Part shown: piece by piece, positions 21,415 through 30,717 of the stretch
How positions within the stretch are numbered: position 1 is the first letter of the stretch
Layout of the letters: every line of letters begins with the position of its first letter
Origin: Longimicrobiales bacterium
Lineage (GTDB): Bacteria > Gemmatimonadota > Gemmatimonadetes > Longimicrobiales > Gaopeijiaceae
DNA: 64,000 bases
Direction: 5' to 3'
NCBI GenBank assembly: GCA_965219445.1
Contig: CBDCNQ010000005.1
Location: 1,152,001 to 1,216,000, forward strand
Notes under the pieces: model-generated
Seen by the model: only the letters and a program-made list of their open reading frames with translations
What the model was told of the DNA's origin: nothing
Database searches by the model: none
Made by a program: the position numbers and the translations under genes

Positions 21415-22539
21415 ATGGACCATTTGAATCGTCGAGATTTCGTCAAGAAAGCCGGTCTCGGCGCTGCCGGCACGGGCGTGCTGGCCGGGTGCGGGGGTAC
21501 CGAAACACAAAGTGCGAGCGGAGACGGCGTCGTCTCGGGCCCCCGAGTAAGTTGGCGCATGGCGACGAGCTTTCCGCCGAGCGTGGACGTTCTCAACGGA
21601 GCCGCTTTACTCGTCGCGGACCGGGTCGCAGCTCTTACGGGCGGACGGTTCACGATCCGTGTATTCCCGCCCGGCGAGCTCGTCCCTGCGCTCCAGGTCA
21701 TGGACGGCGTGCAGTCCGGGACGGTCCACGCCGGCTACACGAGCGACTATTACTACATCGGCAAACACCCGGCGCTAGCGTTCGGAACCTCCATCCCCTT
21801 CGGGCTGAACGCGCGTCAGCAGACGGCCTGGCTTCACTACGGGGGCGGCCTGGAAATGCTCCGGGAGATCTACACGGACTTCGGAATGACCTCGATTCCC
21901 TGCGGTAACACGGGAACCCAGTTCGGCGGGTGGTTCCGGAGACCCGTCGAAACGCTTGCCGACCTGCGTGGCGTGCGCATGCGCATCCCCGGACTCGCGG
22001 GAGAGATCATGGCGCGCCTGGGCGTCACGGTCCACGTCCTTGGCGGCCCTGACGTCTTTCCGGCGCTGGAGCGAGGCGCAATCGACGCCGCGGAATGGGT
22101 CGGACCCTACGACGACGAGAAGCTCGGCTTCCACGAGATCGCGAAGAACTACTACGTCCCAGGGTGGTGGGAGCCCGGACCGTCGACCGTTCTCCAGATC
22201 GGCCTCGCCGCCTGGAACGACCTGCCGCCCTCCTACCAGGCCGCGTTGGAGAGCGCGTGCAATGACGCCACCCGCATGACGCTGGCCCGCTATGACATTG
22301 AAAATCCTCCGGCACTTGCGCGTCTCACCAATGAACACGGTGTGACCTTGAGGAGATTCTCCAACGAGATCCTGGAGGCCGCCTAGACCGAGAGCGAAGC
22401 CTACCTAGAGGAGCAGGCCGCCGCGAACGATGACTTCCGGCGGATCTACGCGTCGTGGAGGGCCTTCCGAGACGAAAGCTTCCCGTACTTCGCCAGCAAC
22501 GAGTCGGTGTACGCCGACTTCGCGTTTTCCAGGACCTAG
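21415..22539 (+). pseudogene. dctP: TRAP substrate-binding protein DctP (Tat lipoprotein), in-frame TAG at 22384-22386
   Basis: NRRDFV leader, GNTGTQFGGWF, MRIPG, AAEWVGPYDD, PGWWEP; the frame continues (TESEAYLEE...FAFSRT) to TAG 22539. Confidence 0.85.
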
Positions 22540-22569
22540 AGGGCAGCGGGCTCCCGACGTACCGCGGCC

Positions 22570-22626
22570 ACGCCTCGTCGTCGTTCCTCGTTTGAACGCG
22601 CACAAGCGCCCTTTGAGCGACCCGCT
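22570..22626 (+). repeat. 57 bp dispersed intergenic repeat, copy 2
   Basis: Matches 16330-16386; lies between convergent dctP and dctM. Confidence 0.8.
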
Positions 22627-22645
22627 GCACTCCTCAAACCGCGTT

Positions 22646-23376
22646 CTACACCCGCACCCAGGCGATCAAGCCCCCGAGCACGATCAACTGGATCACGATG
22701 AATGGGATAGCCCCTCGGTAGATCGTGGTCGTAGCGATGCTCGGCGGTGCGACCCCCCTGAGGTAGAAGAGCGAGAAGCCGAACGGGGGTGTGAGGAATG
22801 ACGTCTGGATGTTGACCGCCAGTACGATCCCCAACCAGGTGAGGTCGATGCCCAGAATCTGGGCAGGCGCGACGATCAGCGGCACGATGATGAAGGCGAT
22901 CTCGAAAAAGTCGATGAAGAAGCCGAGCCCGAAGACGACGGCGTTGACGACGAGCAGGAAGCCGAGCGATCCGCCTGGCAGCTCGGTGAGCATGTCGGCG
23001 ATCCAGAGGTCCCCCTCGAGCCCTCGGAACACGAGCGTGAACGCGGTGGATCCGATGAGCAGGAAAATGACCATGATTGTGAGGCGTGTCGTATCCTTCA
23101 TCGCCGCCTTCAGGGCCTCCATGGACAGCCGCCGGTGCGTGGCTGCGAGCCCCATGGCGCCTAGAGCGCCCAGCGACCCGGCCTCGGTGGGGGTGGCCAC
23201 GCCGGCAAAGATGCTGCCCAGCACCACCAGTATCAGGACCAAGGGCGGGAGCATCGAGCCCATGACACGGCGGAGCAGCTCCGCACCCGGGATGTCGAGC
23301 GACTCCGCGGGCATGGCGGGTGCAGCGTCCGGTCGCACGATGGCGACGCCGATCACGTAGACCACGTAGCTTCCCG
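22646..23376 (-). pseudogene. dctM: TRAP large permease DctM, C-terminal half only
   Basis: ATPTEAG, FIDFFEI, QTSFLTPPFG; the N-terminal half is replaced by island DNA at ~23377. Confidence 0.85.
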
Positions 23377-23530
23377 GCAGAGTACCGGTGGCGTGAATCA
23401 CGGCAAGGAATCGTCTAAGTTCAACCAGGACTGCACGATCTGCCGCACTTGCCGTCCTACCATACCTGATGCTGCCGTGCTTAAAGGGCGGGGAAACGGC
23501 ATCAAATGGCGGTATGACTGGCGGGCATCT
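23377..23530 (-). repeat. Element 'left end' copy 1 (inverted homologue of 54782-54925)
   Basis: 23395-23445 is the near-exact reverse complement of 54857-54907; weaker similarity extends to ~23515. Confidence 0.85.
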
Positions 23531-23809
23531 CGAACCCGGATCAAGGACCAGTTGTTTGGGGTCAGCGCCGGTCCATTCTGGTCGGTACTATTTGCGGACT
23601 GTGTCTTCCTCCTGATCGTCATTACTTATCGTTGTCTCCCGAACTACTCCTACCGCGGGCGGCGAACCAGTAGGCCAGGATGCCGCTTCCGATTGGGAGG
23701 GTCGCCAGGAACAAGTCCTTTGCCTCAGCCATGCCGGTGGCGTCGGAGCCGAGCCAGAGGAGCAAGCCGCAGAGGATGGCACCGAAGAGGAACACGTAGA
23801 GGGCGGCGC

Positions 23810-24679
23810 CGTAGGTGCCGGCAACCTCGTCGAAACTCGACGCATAGACGAAACTCGACGCATAGACGTAAGGCTCGGCGAGGTCCTTGACGAGCCGTTG
23901 GAGCGCTCCATCGAGTGTCGCGTCGTCTCGTAGTCGCGGCATGTAGACGTAGGAGGCGAACCAGTCGCGGATTTTCTCGATAGGGATATGCGGCTGGTCC
24001 ACAGGCCATACGGGCTCTAGGCTTCGGGCGAGATTCTGGGGTCCCATCTCCGCGATCACGGTGCCGTCAGTGCTGACCTTATCCCAGACCGCCTGCGGGA
24101 TGCTCTTCGCCCCGCCGCGGTTGATCAGCCGCGTCGAGTGCATGACGTAGCCGGGCCCTGCATTCGAGGCGCTGCCTTCTCTTTCGGGCGGTGCCGGATG
24201 CAGCACGTGAACCCAAGCGCTGCGAACGCTCTGCAGAAGGGCGTCGCGGCTGTGTCGGGCCTGTGTTTCGGCATCGCTGGCCTGCGCGCGGGTCAGATTT
24301 TCCCTCAGGTCGGCATCCGTCAGCATAGATTGCCATGCGCGCTCCCGCCGGGCGTTCTGGCGGGCTGCATCGATGTTCGTAACATCCGCTGCAGCGAAAA
24401 CAAGGGCATTCCGATAGCGGCGCTGTCCGCTGCCCCGCCGTTCGGTCGTCTCGCTGGCCGCAGCGACTGCCAGCGACTTGGGCCCGATGTTCGGGTCGTG
24501 GGGCACCGAGGGCGGCAGGACGATCAGCGCCGTGGCGCGGCGATCCTCGACGTCGGTCAGGTTGTCCGGCGCGGCATGCACCCGGGGGAACCCTGCGCGG
24601 CTGCGCTGCTCCTCGCGCAGGACTTCGATGATGCGGCGGTCCGCGGCCTCGTCGCTCACGTCTTGGGCACGGTGTCGGC
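23810..24679 (-). pseudogene. C-terminal fragment of a DUF499-like AAA+ ATPase
   Basis: 'DVEDRRATALIVL', 'RRYRNALVFAAAD', 'YVYMPRLRD'; cut by IS256; 18 bp tandem duplication at 23831-23866. Confidence 0.6.
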
Positions 24680-25340
24680 GGTCAAGTCCCGAGTTGTGTG
24701 TAAAAGTGAGAGGAAGCTCCTTGATGCTTCGGTTAGCTGCCTTGGCGAGCTCCTTGGGTTCGAGGAGTGAGAGGTCCAGGTAACGGCGCTCGCTCCAGAC
24801 CGCAGTAGTCCTCAGAGCAACCGCGGTGATGAGGCGGAGCGCACTGGCTCGGTCGGGGAAGGCACCGGCGCTCCGGATTCGACGCTTGATCTCGATGTGC
24901 AGGCGCTCGAGGCTGTTCGTGGTGCGTAGCCTGGCCCAGTGGGGCTCGGGAAACGCGTAGAACTGGGTGGCGGCCGTGAAGCCCCGCTCGAGCACCCTCA
25001 TTGCCTCGGGGAGTTCATTGTGCCAGCGCGCCGTGATCTCGGCCAGGCGCTTCTTCGCCTTAGCGAGCCCGGGGGCCCGGAAGACGGCGGCAACCTCGCG
25101 CGCCACACGCTTGCGCAGGCGATGCGGGACCTCGGCCAGCACGTTGCGTTGCAGGTGCACGGTGCAGCGCTGACGGCGCACCTCAGGCAGGAAGCGGCGC
25201 AGCGCAGCTGCCAGGCCCGCGTGCTCGTCGGCGATCACCAGTTCGACGCCGCTGAGACCTCGCTCCAGGAGCTGCTCGAGGAGCTCCGACCAACTGTCCT
25301 CTGACTCCTCAGGGCCTAGCGTGATGGCCAGGAACGCCAC
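24680..25340 (-). mobile_element. IS256-family element remnant (3' part of transposase + terminal IR)
   Basis: RGLSGVELVIAD, QRCTVH, RTTNSLERL..EIKRR..FP; end TTACACACAACTCGGGACTTGACC at 24680-24703. Confidence 0.88.
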
Positions 25341-25422
25341 ACTCTCAGCCGGAGAGCACTAGCCCCTGCCCAAATTCTACCGACTACCGTGTCGAGATCA
25401 GGATGAACGGATCGACGACCCT

Positions 25423-27354
25423 ATGGGTCGCGCAACGTCTAGAAGGCAAACCAACGTGAGCCAGTTCCCGCACGTCGGGACCCCGGCCGCCACTCACCGT
25501 GGACACATCCGTTGTGGCGGGGCGGCCTACCGACCACCCCACCCCACCCCGGTCATCCTCGTGTTGGCGGCCTTCGCAGGCTCGGCGTGGCTCGTGTCCT
25601 GCGGGGACAGCGCGGTCGGGCCAGCTCCCCCGCCTCCCCCTCCCCCCAACCGCGCCCCGGTCCTGGCGGGCTCGATCCCGGCCCAGACCGTGGCCGTGGG
25701 CGAGACGGCTGTGGTGGATGTCTCCGCCTACTTCACCGATCCGGACGGGGATGCGCTGAGCTACGCAGCGTCTTCCTCGAACCCGTCGGTGGCTGTCGTT
25801 TCCACTTCAGGAGCGACGGTGATGATCACCGCGGTGGCGAAGGGCTCCGTGACGGTGACCGTGACGGCCACCGATCCCGGCGGCCTCACCGCCACACAGA
25901 CTCTTGAGGCTACCGTCCCCAACCGGGCGCCGGAGGCGAGGGGCTCGCTCCCGGACCAGACCGTCCAAGCCGGCCAGACAGCCACGCTCGACGTCTCGCC
26001 CTACTTTACCGACGCCGACGGGGACGCGCTGAGCTACGAGGCCGCCTCGGACGCTTCGAGCGTGGCCACGGCGAGTGTCTCCGGAAGCGACGTCACGGTG
26101 ACCGGCGAGGCGCCGGGGAGCGCGACGATCACGGTGACCGCCACCGACCCCGGAGGCCTCAGCGCCATCCAGACCTTCGAGGTCACCGTAGACGCGGCCA
26201 GCGGCGGATTGGATCTCAACGCTCTCTTCGCCCCGCCCACGGCGGATGAGATCACACAGGTAAAGGAGGAATGGGATACCCGAACCCCCGAAGTCAGCGG
26301 GGTTCGCCCTGAACTGGACGATGAGGTTCCCGCGGGATTGGGATCCGTCAGGGTCCGGATCCTTTCTCACACCGTGGGTGGGCACAGGCACTACGGGGCC
26401 GTGGTGACTCCGGTGGGCGCCGCCGACCCAGGCTCCCTTCCCGTGATCCTCTATGCCCACGGCGGGGACGACGGCGTGAATATCGACCAGATTGTGTTGG
26501 TGAACACACTCCTTCAGTTCCAGGGGCTGAGCGCGGCCTTCGTAGTTCCGTCCTATCGGTCGGAGCCCCTCCAGCTCGGTGACGAGGTGTTCTTGTCCGA
26601 GGGCCCGCCGAGCCCTTGGGACCGGGACGTCGACGATACCATCTCACTCCTTTCCGTCGCACTCGAGCAGGCGCCGGAGCTGGACGAGGAGAGGGTGGCC
26701 ATCCTGGGGCTCAGCCGGGGGGGCGGCGTGGGCCTCCTCACGGCGGCACGCGATAAGAGGATCAAAGCCGTCGTCGAGTTCTTCGGCCCGACGGATCTGT
26801 TCGATGAATATGCACGTGAGATCTTCGAGGAGGCCCTCGAGGGCAAGCTGCGGGATCTCCCCGGTCTCGATTACCTCAATGAGATCCTCCTCTTGCCCTG
26901 GAAGCTGGGTGTTCTCTCCGATGCAGAGGCTCGGCTCGAGCTCGTCCGCCGTTCCGGAGTGTACTTCGTGGATCGGCTCCCGCCAGTCCAAATACACCAC
27001 GGGACAGAGGACGCGGTCGTGGCCGTCAGCCAGGCCTACCGGTTGATCGCGGCGATGAAGGCGGCGGGAAAGACAGATTTTGAGGAGTACATCTATGCTG
27101 GTGGTACCCATGATTACACCACCCTTCTAGGAGCTCCCGCGCGTACCGCTGAGTTCCTTCGCCCCTTCCTCTTCGAGCTCGGGGAACGGGAGAGAGCGGG
27201 TGGCCCGTCCGTCCGAGGGGCCGGGAGCCGCTGGACGGATGGAGCAGGCGGGGGAGATCGACGGAGAGAGCGCTTACGAGCAGATGAGGCAGACCGTGAG
27301 AGAGCCAGCCGGACGCTGACGTCCTGGCAGTTTCCGTCGCACGATAGGCCCTAG
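25423..27354 (+). CDS. Lipoprotein with two Ig/cadherin-like repeats and an alpha/beta-hydrolase (S9-like) domain
   Basis: LVSC lipobox, PNRAP..FTDPDGDALSY..ATDPGGL x2, HGG, GLSRGG, HGTED, GGTH (start uncertain). Confidence 0.8.
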   Translation: MGRATSRRQTNVSQFPHVGTPAATHRGHIRCGGAAYRPPHPTPVILVLAAFAGSAWLVSCGDSAVGPAPPPPPPPNRAPVLAGSIPAQTVAVGETAVVDVSAYFTDPDGDALSYAASSSNPSVAVVSTSGATVMITAVAKGSVTVTVTATDPGGLTATQTLEATVPNRAPEARGSLPDQTVQAGQTATLDVSPYFTDADGDALSYEAASDASSVATASVSGSDVTVTGEAPGSATITVTATDPGGLSAIQTFEVTVDAASGGLDLNALFAPPTADEITQVKEEWDTRTPEVSGVRPELDDEVPAGLGSVRVRILSHTVGGHRHYGAVVTPVGAADPGSLPVILYAHGGDDGVNIDQIVLVNTLLQFQGLSAAFVVPSYRSEPLQLGDEVFLSEGPPSPWDRDVDDTISLLSVALEQAPELDEERVAILGLSRGGGVGLLTAARDKRIKAVVEFFGPTDLFDEYAREIFEEALEGKLRDLPGLDYLNEILLLPWKLGVLSDAEARLELVRRSGVYFVDRLPPVQIHHGTEDAVVAVSQAYRLIAAMKAAGKTDFEEYIYAGGTHDYTTLLGAPARTAEFLRPFLFELGERERAGGPSVRGAGSRWTDGAGGGDRRRERLRADEADRERASRTLTSWQFPSHDRP

Positions 27355-27710
27355 CGCCGTGGCCCGGAGCAGGACTGTGGCCCCCGCCGCTGAGCGACTC
27401 GACTCTGGAGGACCAGAGCCAGCTGGACGGCCTAGAGCTAGTGCGGCGCGGTGTGCCTTTCGAGTGCGGATCCCATCGTGTCCGAGCCCTCCGATTGGTT
27501 GTGATAAGTGTAAACTCCGGAGCTACGCGGAGCAGGTGCGGGAGATCTACGGAGAGCAGGCTTATGAGGAGCCGGAAGCGGGTCTGGGAGAGGGCAAGCC
27601 AGCCTCTGGTGCCCTCGCGGTTCCCGTCGCACGATAGGCCGCAGCGCCGTGGGCCGGAACGCGGCGGACCGGAGCGGGACTCTGGCCCCAGCCGCTGAGC
27701 GGCTCTGGGT
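27240..27710 (+). repeat. Imperfect direct duplication (~27240-27410 vs ~27530-27710)
   Basis: Shared GGGAGATC.ACGGAGAG, CCGTCGCACGATAGGCC..AGCGCCGTGG, GCCGCTGAGCG blocks. Confidence 0.7.
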
Positions 27711-28097
27711 ACGCCCAGATCCGGTATCTTCCGGGAGGAAAAGGGTTGAGTAACGGTTTTCGGATTTCAGAGAACGCTGGATCACATCCGAGCCATGATC
27801 TCTCGGCTTCAAGGGCTCGCTCTGCTCCACGGCCTCGCCGAACTCTCCTGGCGTCATGGCGTCGAGGGCCCGGAGCCCGGCCCGCACGATCTGGCTCTTT
27901 GTGAACCTCAAGCCCTGACGCAGACCCCGTGTCTGGAGCGTTTCGATGAGCTGGTGATCCTCGATCCTAGCCCACACCCGCATCTTCGAGGCGGAGGCCG
28001 GCGGGGGGGCACCGCTCCTTCGTCCGCCTCGCGAACAACGGCAGCACCCGACTCTCGAACCGCTCCTCGACGCCCCGAACCCGAGGGCGTCGAGCAA
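27438..28097 (-). CDS. Hypothetical protein with possible ribbon-helix-helix segment
   Basis: Core MRVWARIEDHQLIE..FTKSQIVRAGLRAL; boundaries doubtful. Confidence 0.3.
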   Translation of the reverse strand: MLDALGFGASRSGSRVGCCRCSRGGRRSGAPPPASASKMRVWARIEDHQLIETLQTRGLRQGLRFTKSQIVRAGLRALDAMTPGEFGEAVEQSEPLKPRDHGSDVIQRSLKSENRYSTLFLPEDTGSGRTQSRSAAGARVPLRSAAFRPTALRPIVRREPRGHQRLACPLPDPLPAPHKPALRRSPAPAPRSSGVYTYHNQSEGSDTMGSALERHTAPH

Positions 28098-28356
28098 TCG
28101 AGCCGCCTGCGGGTCAGTGCCCTCCGATGCACACCGCCGCGCTCGGGTTCCGCCGGGTGCGACGCTTTGCCCAGACCGGCCTCCCGGTCGCGCTACGTCC
28201 CGTGACCAAGCTTCCAGCGAGCCATGTGGGGGCGGTGGCGCTGGCGGCGGTGTCCAACAGCTCGCGTACCGTACTGGCTATCTCTAGCCGTTACAAGCGA
28301 TTGGGAGATTTCCCAATGGTTGACTTTCTTGCAAACGGCTCTTCACTGTTCCGGGC

Positions 28357-28890
28357 ATGGAGACGCGGAAGCAGCAGTTCAAGTCGGCGGTGAGCGATGC
28401 GATCGTTCACCTCCAGGGAAGCGAAGAGGCGCTCGCGCCATTCGGCTGGACGGGAGAAAAGGCCGGGTGGATCGCGTTCGTCTGCCTCCACAGCGGCGCG
28501 TTCACCCGCGTCCAGTGCGCGCGATTCCTCGATGCACACCCGGAACAGGTGCGGCGCTTCGTCCACGCGCTGATCGCGCAGGGCCTGGCCGCCGAGGACA
28601 CCGTGCCCGGCATCCGGGGGATCGGCCGCGTGTGCCGCATCTTCTCCCGGCGGATCTACCGGGCCATCGGAGCCGAGCACATCCGCCACCGCCGCGACGC
28701 CTCGCCCGCCGTACTCATGCGGCGCCTGCTCTCGCTCGACTACGTGATCGAGCATCCCGGCTTGCCTTGGCTGGCCACCGAAGCCGAGAAAGTCGCCGCG
28801 TTCGAGGCCCTCGGCATCGAACACGGGCTGCTGCCCGTCCGGGTGTACCGGGGTGCCGCCGGTGCGACTCGGCGCTACTTCCCGGTAAAG
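28357..28890 (+). pseudogene. 5' half of an interrupted MGE gene (winged-helix, possibly replication-related)
   Basis: Reads ...RRYFPVK and resumes in frame at 36948 (LPVALD...) after the duplicated 13-mer. Confidence 0.8.
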
Positions 28891-29069
28891 TACAGCAGTA
28901 TGATCGCGAACATCGTCCCATGCGGTCCCATAGTATTCCGTAAAGCGTTTGATTACAATGTGATACGGCATATCAGAGCCGTGTTCACAGGCTCCCTCTT
29001 GTGCCGGGTCGTACCGTATTGTACCATTGTGTATCCGTCGATATGTGATACACAGGTAGGATACACCAC

Positions 29070-30254
29070 ATGCGTAAACGACCCCTTACGGCCGCCTTCG
29101 TGGCGCGAGTGAAGACGCCGGGACGCTACGGCGACGGCGGGCTCGGCGGGCTCGGCCTGTACCTCCGCGTCCACCGAATGAAGTCCGGGCGCGTCTCCAA
29201 GTCCTGGGGCCAGCGCATTCGAGTGGGAGGGAAGCCGACCAATCTCGGACTGGGCTCGTACCCGGTCGTGACGCTCAGGGAGGCGAGAGAGAAGGCGCTG
29301 GAGAACAGGCGGGCAGTCCATTGGGGCCACGACCCGAGAGACGCGGGGGTTCCCACCTTCGAGGCGGCCGTCGAGAAGGTGATCGCTATCCACTCGCCGA
29401 CCTGGAAGAACCCATCCCGCATGGCCGGGCAGTGGCGGCAGACGCTGCGGGACTACGCCGATCCGCGCATCGGCCGGAAGCGCGTGAGCGAGGTCGCGAC
29501 GGCCGACGTGCTCGCCATCCTCAAGCCCATCTGGTCGAGCAAGCCCGCGACCGCGAGGGCCGTGCACCAGCGGATCGGCGCGGTGATGAAGTGGGCCGTC
29601 GCGAAGGGCTACCGGCCGGACAACCCGGCGGGGGACACCATCGCCGCCGCGCTGCCGCGCAACGGCAACGCCATCCGGCATCACAAGGCGCTCCCGCACG
29701 GCGAGGTGGCGGCGGCTCTGGCCAAGGTCCGCGACTCGGAGTCCCATGCCGGTGTCCGGCTGGCGCTCGAGTTCATGGTCCTGACCGCGACACGCTCGAA
29801 CGAGGTCCGGGGCGCGGCGTGCGACGAGGTCGAGCTCGATGTCTGGACCATTCCCGCCGACCGCATGAAGGCGAAGCGCGCTCACCGGGTTCCCCTGTCG
29901 GGGCGAGCCTTGGAGATCCTCGAGGAAGCCCGGAAGCTCCACGGCGGCGGCGGGATCGTGTTCCGGGGCGCGAAGGGAGGAAGGATCCACGCCTCGATGT
30001 TCAGCAAGTCGCTACGGCGTCTCGGCATCACAGGAACGCCCCACGGGATGAGGTCCTCGTTCCGCGACTGGTGCTCGGAGACGGGCGTGGCGCGCGAGGT
30101 GGCGGAGGCGGCGCTTGCACACAAGGTCCGCAGTCAGGCCGAGGCCGCCTACGCCCGCTCGGACCTGCTGGACCGGAGGCGCGAGGTCATGCAGGCCTGG
30201 GCCGCGTATCTCGCTGGCAAGCGTCGAGATCCGGAGGCCGAACCGATCCGCTGA
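29070..30254 (+). CDS. P4-like tyrosine integrase
   Basis: Arm domain (GRYGDG..GLYLRV, GLGSYPVVTL.EAR), LTATRSNE, RMK, HGMRSSFRDW, LAH, AYARSD. Confidence 0.93.
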   Translation: MRKRPLTAAFVARVKTPGRYGDGGLGGLGLYLRVHRMKSGRVSKSWGQRIRVGGKPTNLGLGSYPVVTLREAREKALENRRAVHWGHDPRDAGVPTFEAAVEKVIAIHSPTWKNPSRMAGQWRQTLRDYADPRIGRKRVSEVATADVLAILKPIWSSKPATARAVHQRIGAVMKWAVAKGYRPDNPAGDTIAAALPRNGNAIRHHKALPHGEVAAALAKVRDSESHAGVRLALEFMVLTATRSNEVRGAACDEVELDVWTIPADRMKAKRAHRVPLSGRALEILEEARKLHGGGGIVFRGAKGGRIHASMFSKSLRRLGITGTPHGMRSSFRDWCSETGVAREVAEAALAHKVRSQAEAAYARSDLLDRRREVMQAWAAYLAGKRRDPEAEPIR

Positions 30255-30257
30255 GGC

Positions 30258-30368
30258 GCTGGCTCATGACCCGTTACCTGTCATGAGCCAGCCTACCCTT
30301 TGGGGCCACGCTTCGCGGGTCCCCGGCAGGGGCTGGCGGGGGGTGCTCCGCCCCCTTCGATCCCCCGG
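30258..30368 (-). promoter_or_regulatory. ColE1-like oriT, copy 1
   Basis: GGGGATCGAAGGGGGCGGAGCACCCCCCGCCAGCCCCTG...GGGTAGGCTGGCT, similar to 46472-46535. Confidence 0.65.
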
Positions 30369-30717
30369 AGGTCCGCGCTCCGGCGGAGCGCGTCCTGACG
30401 GCTGATCGCCGCACGGTCACCGCCTCCGCCCACGGATCGCCGGCCGAGCTCACCGACTGGCGGGCCAAGACCGCGGTCGCTGGCGTGCCGCTCTCGGCTT
30501 CCTCCAGGATGCCCTGAATCAACTCCTGGGCTCTCTCCCCTAGCCAACCCTCGAGCATACGTCGGCCCGGTGGACTCACTCCCCACTGCCCCGGTCGGCC
30601 TGACTCGGTGTTGGACAAGACCGATGCCGCCAGTGAACCGTTCGACGTGATATCTTCCTTGAATCGCCGGATGGGAGCCTCACGGCAGAGGCTCGTCCGA
30701 ATCGCTGGGAAGACACG

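Noticed and set aside
6404..22386. Amber recoding or pyrrolysine readthrough
   Set aside because: Many genes here end normally at TAG (995, 3131, 58671), the two sites imply different residues (Gln, Trp), and no pyl genes are visible.
23369..23377. GCTTCCCGG as a third att site of element 1
   Set aside because: Only 8-9 bp in GC-rich DNA, and the junction is better explained by the left-end motif.
23408..23425. Integron attC/attI from GTCTAAG/CTTAGAC
   Set aside because: Not a GTTRRRY core pair, no cassette array, and no IntI-type integrase.
28891..29112. C-terminus of the 251-aa ORF
   Set aside because: This is read-through into the att leader of element 1; the true continuation is at 36948.
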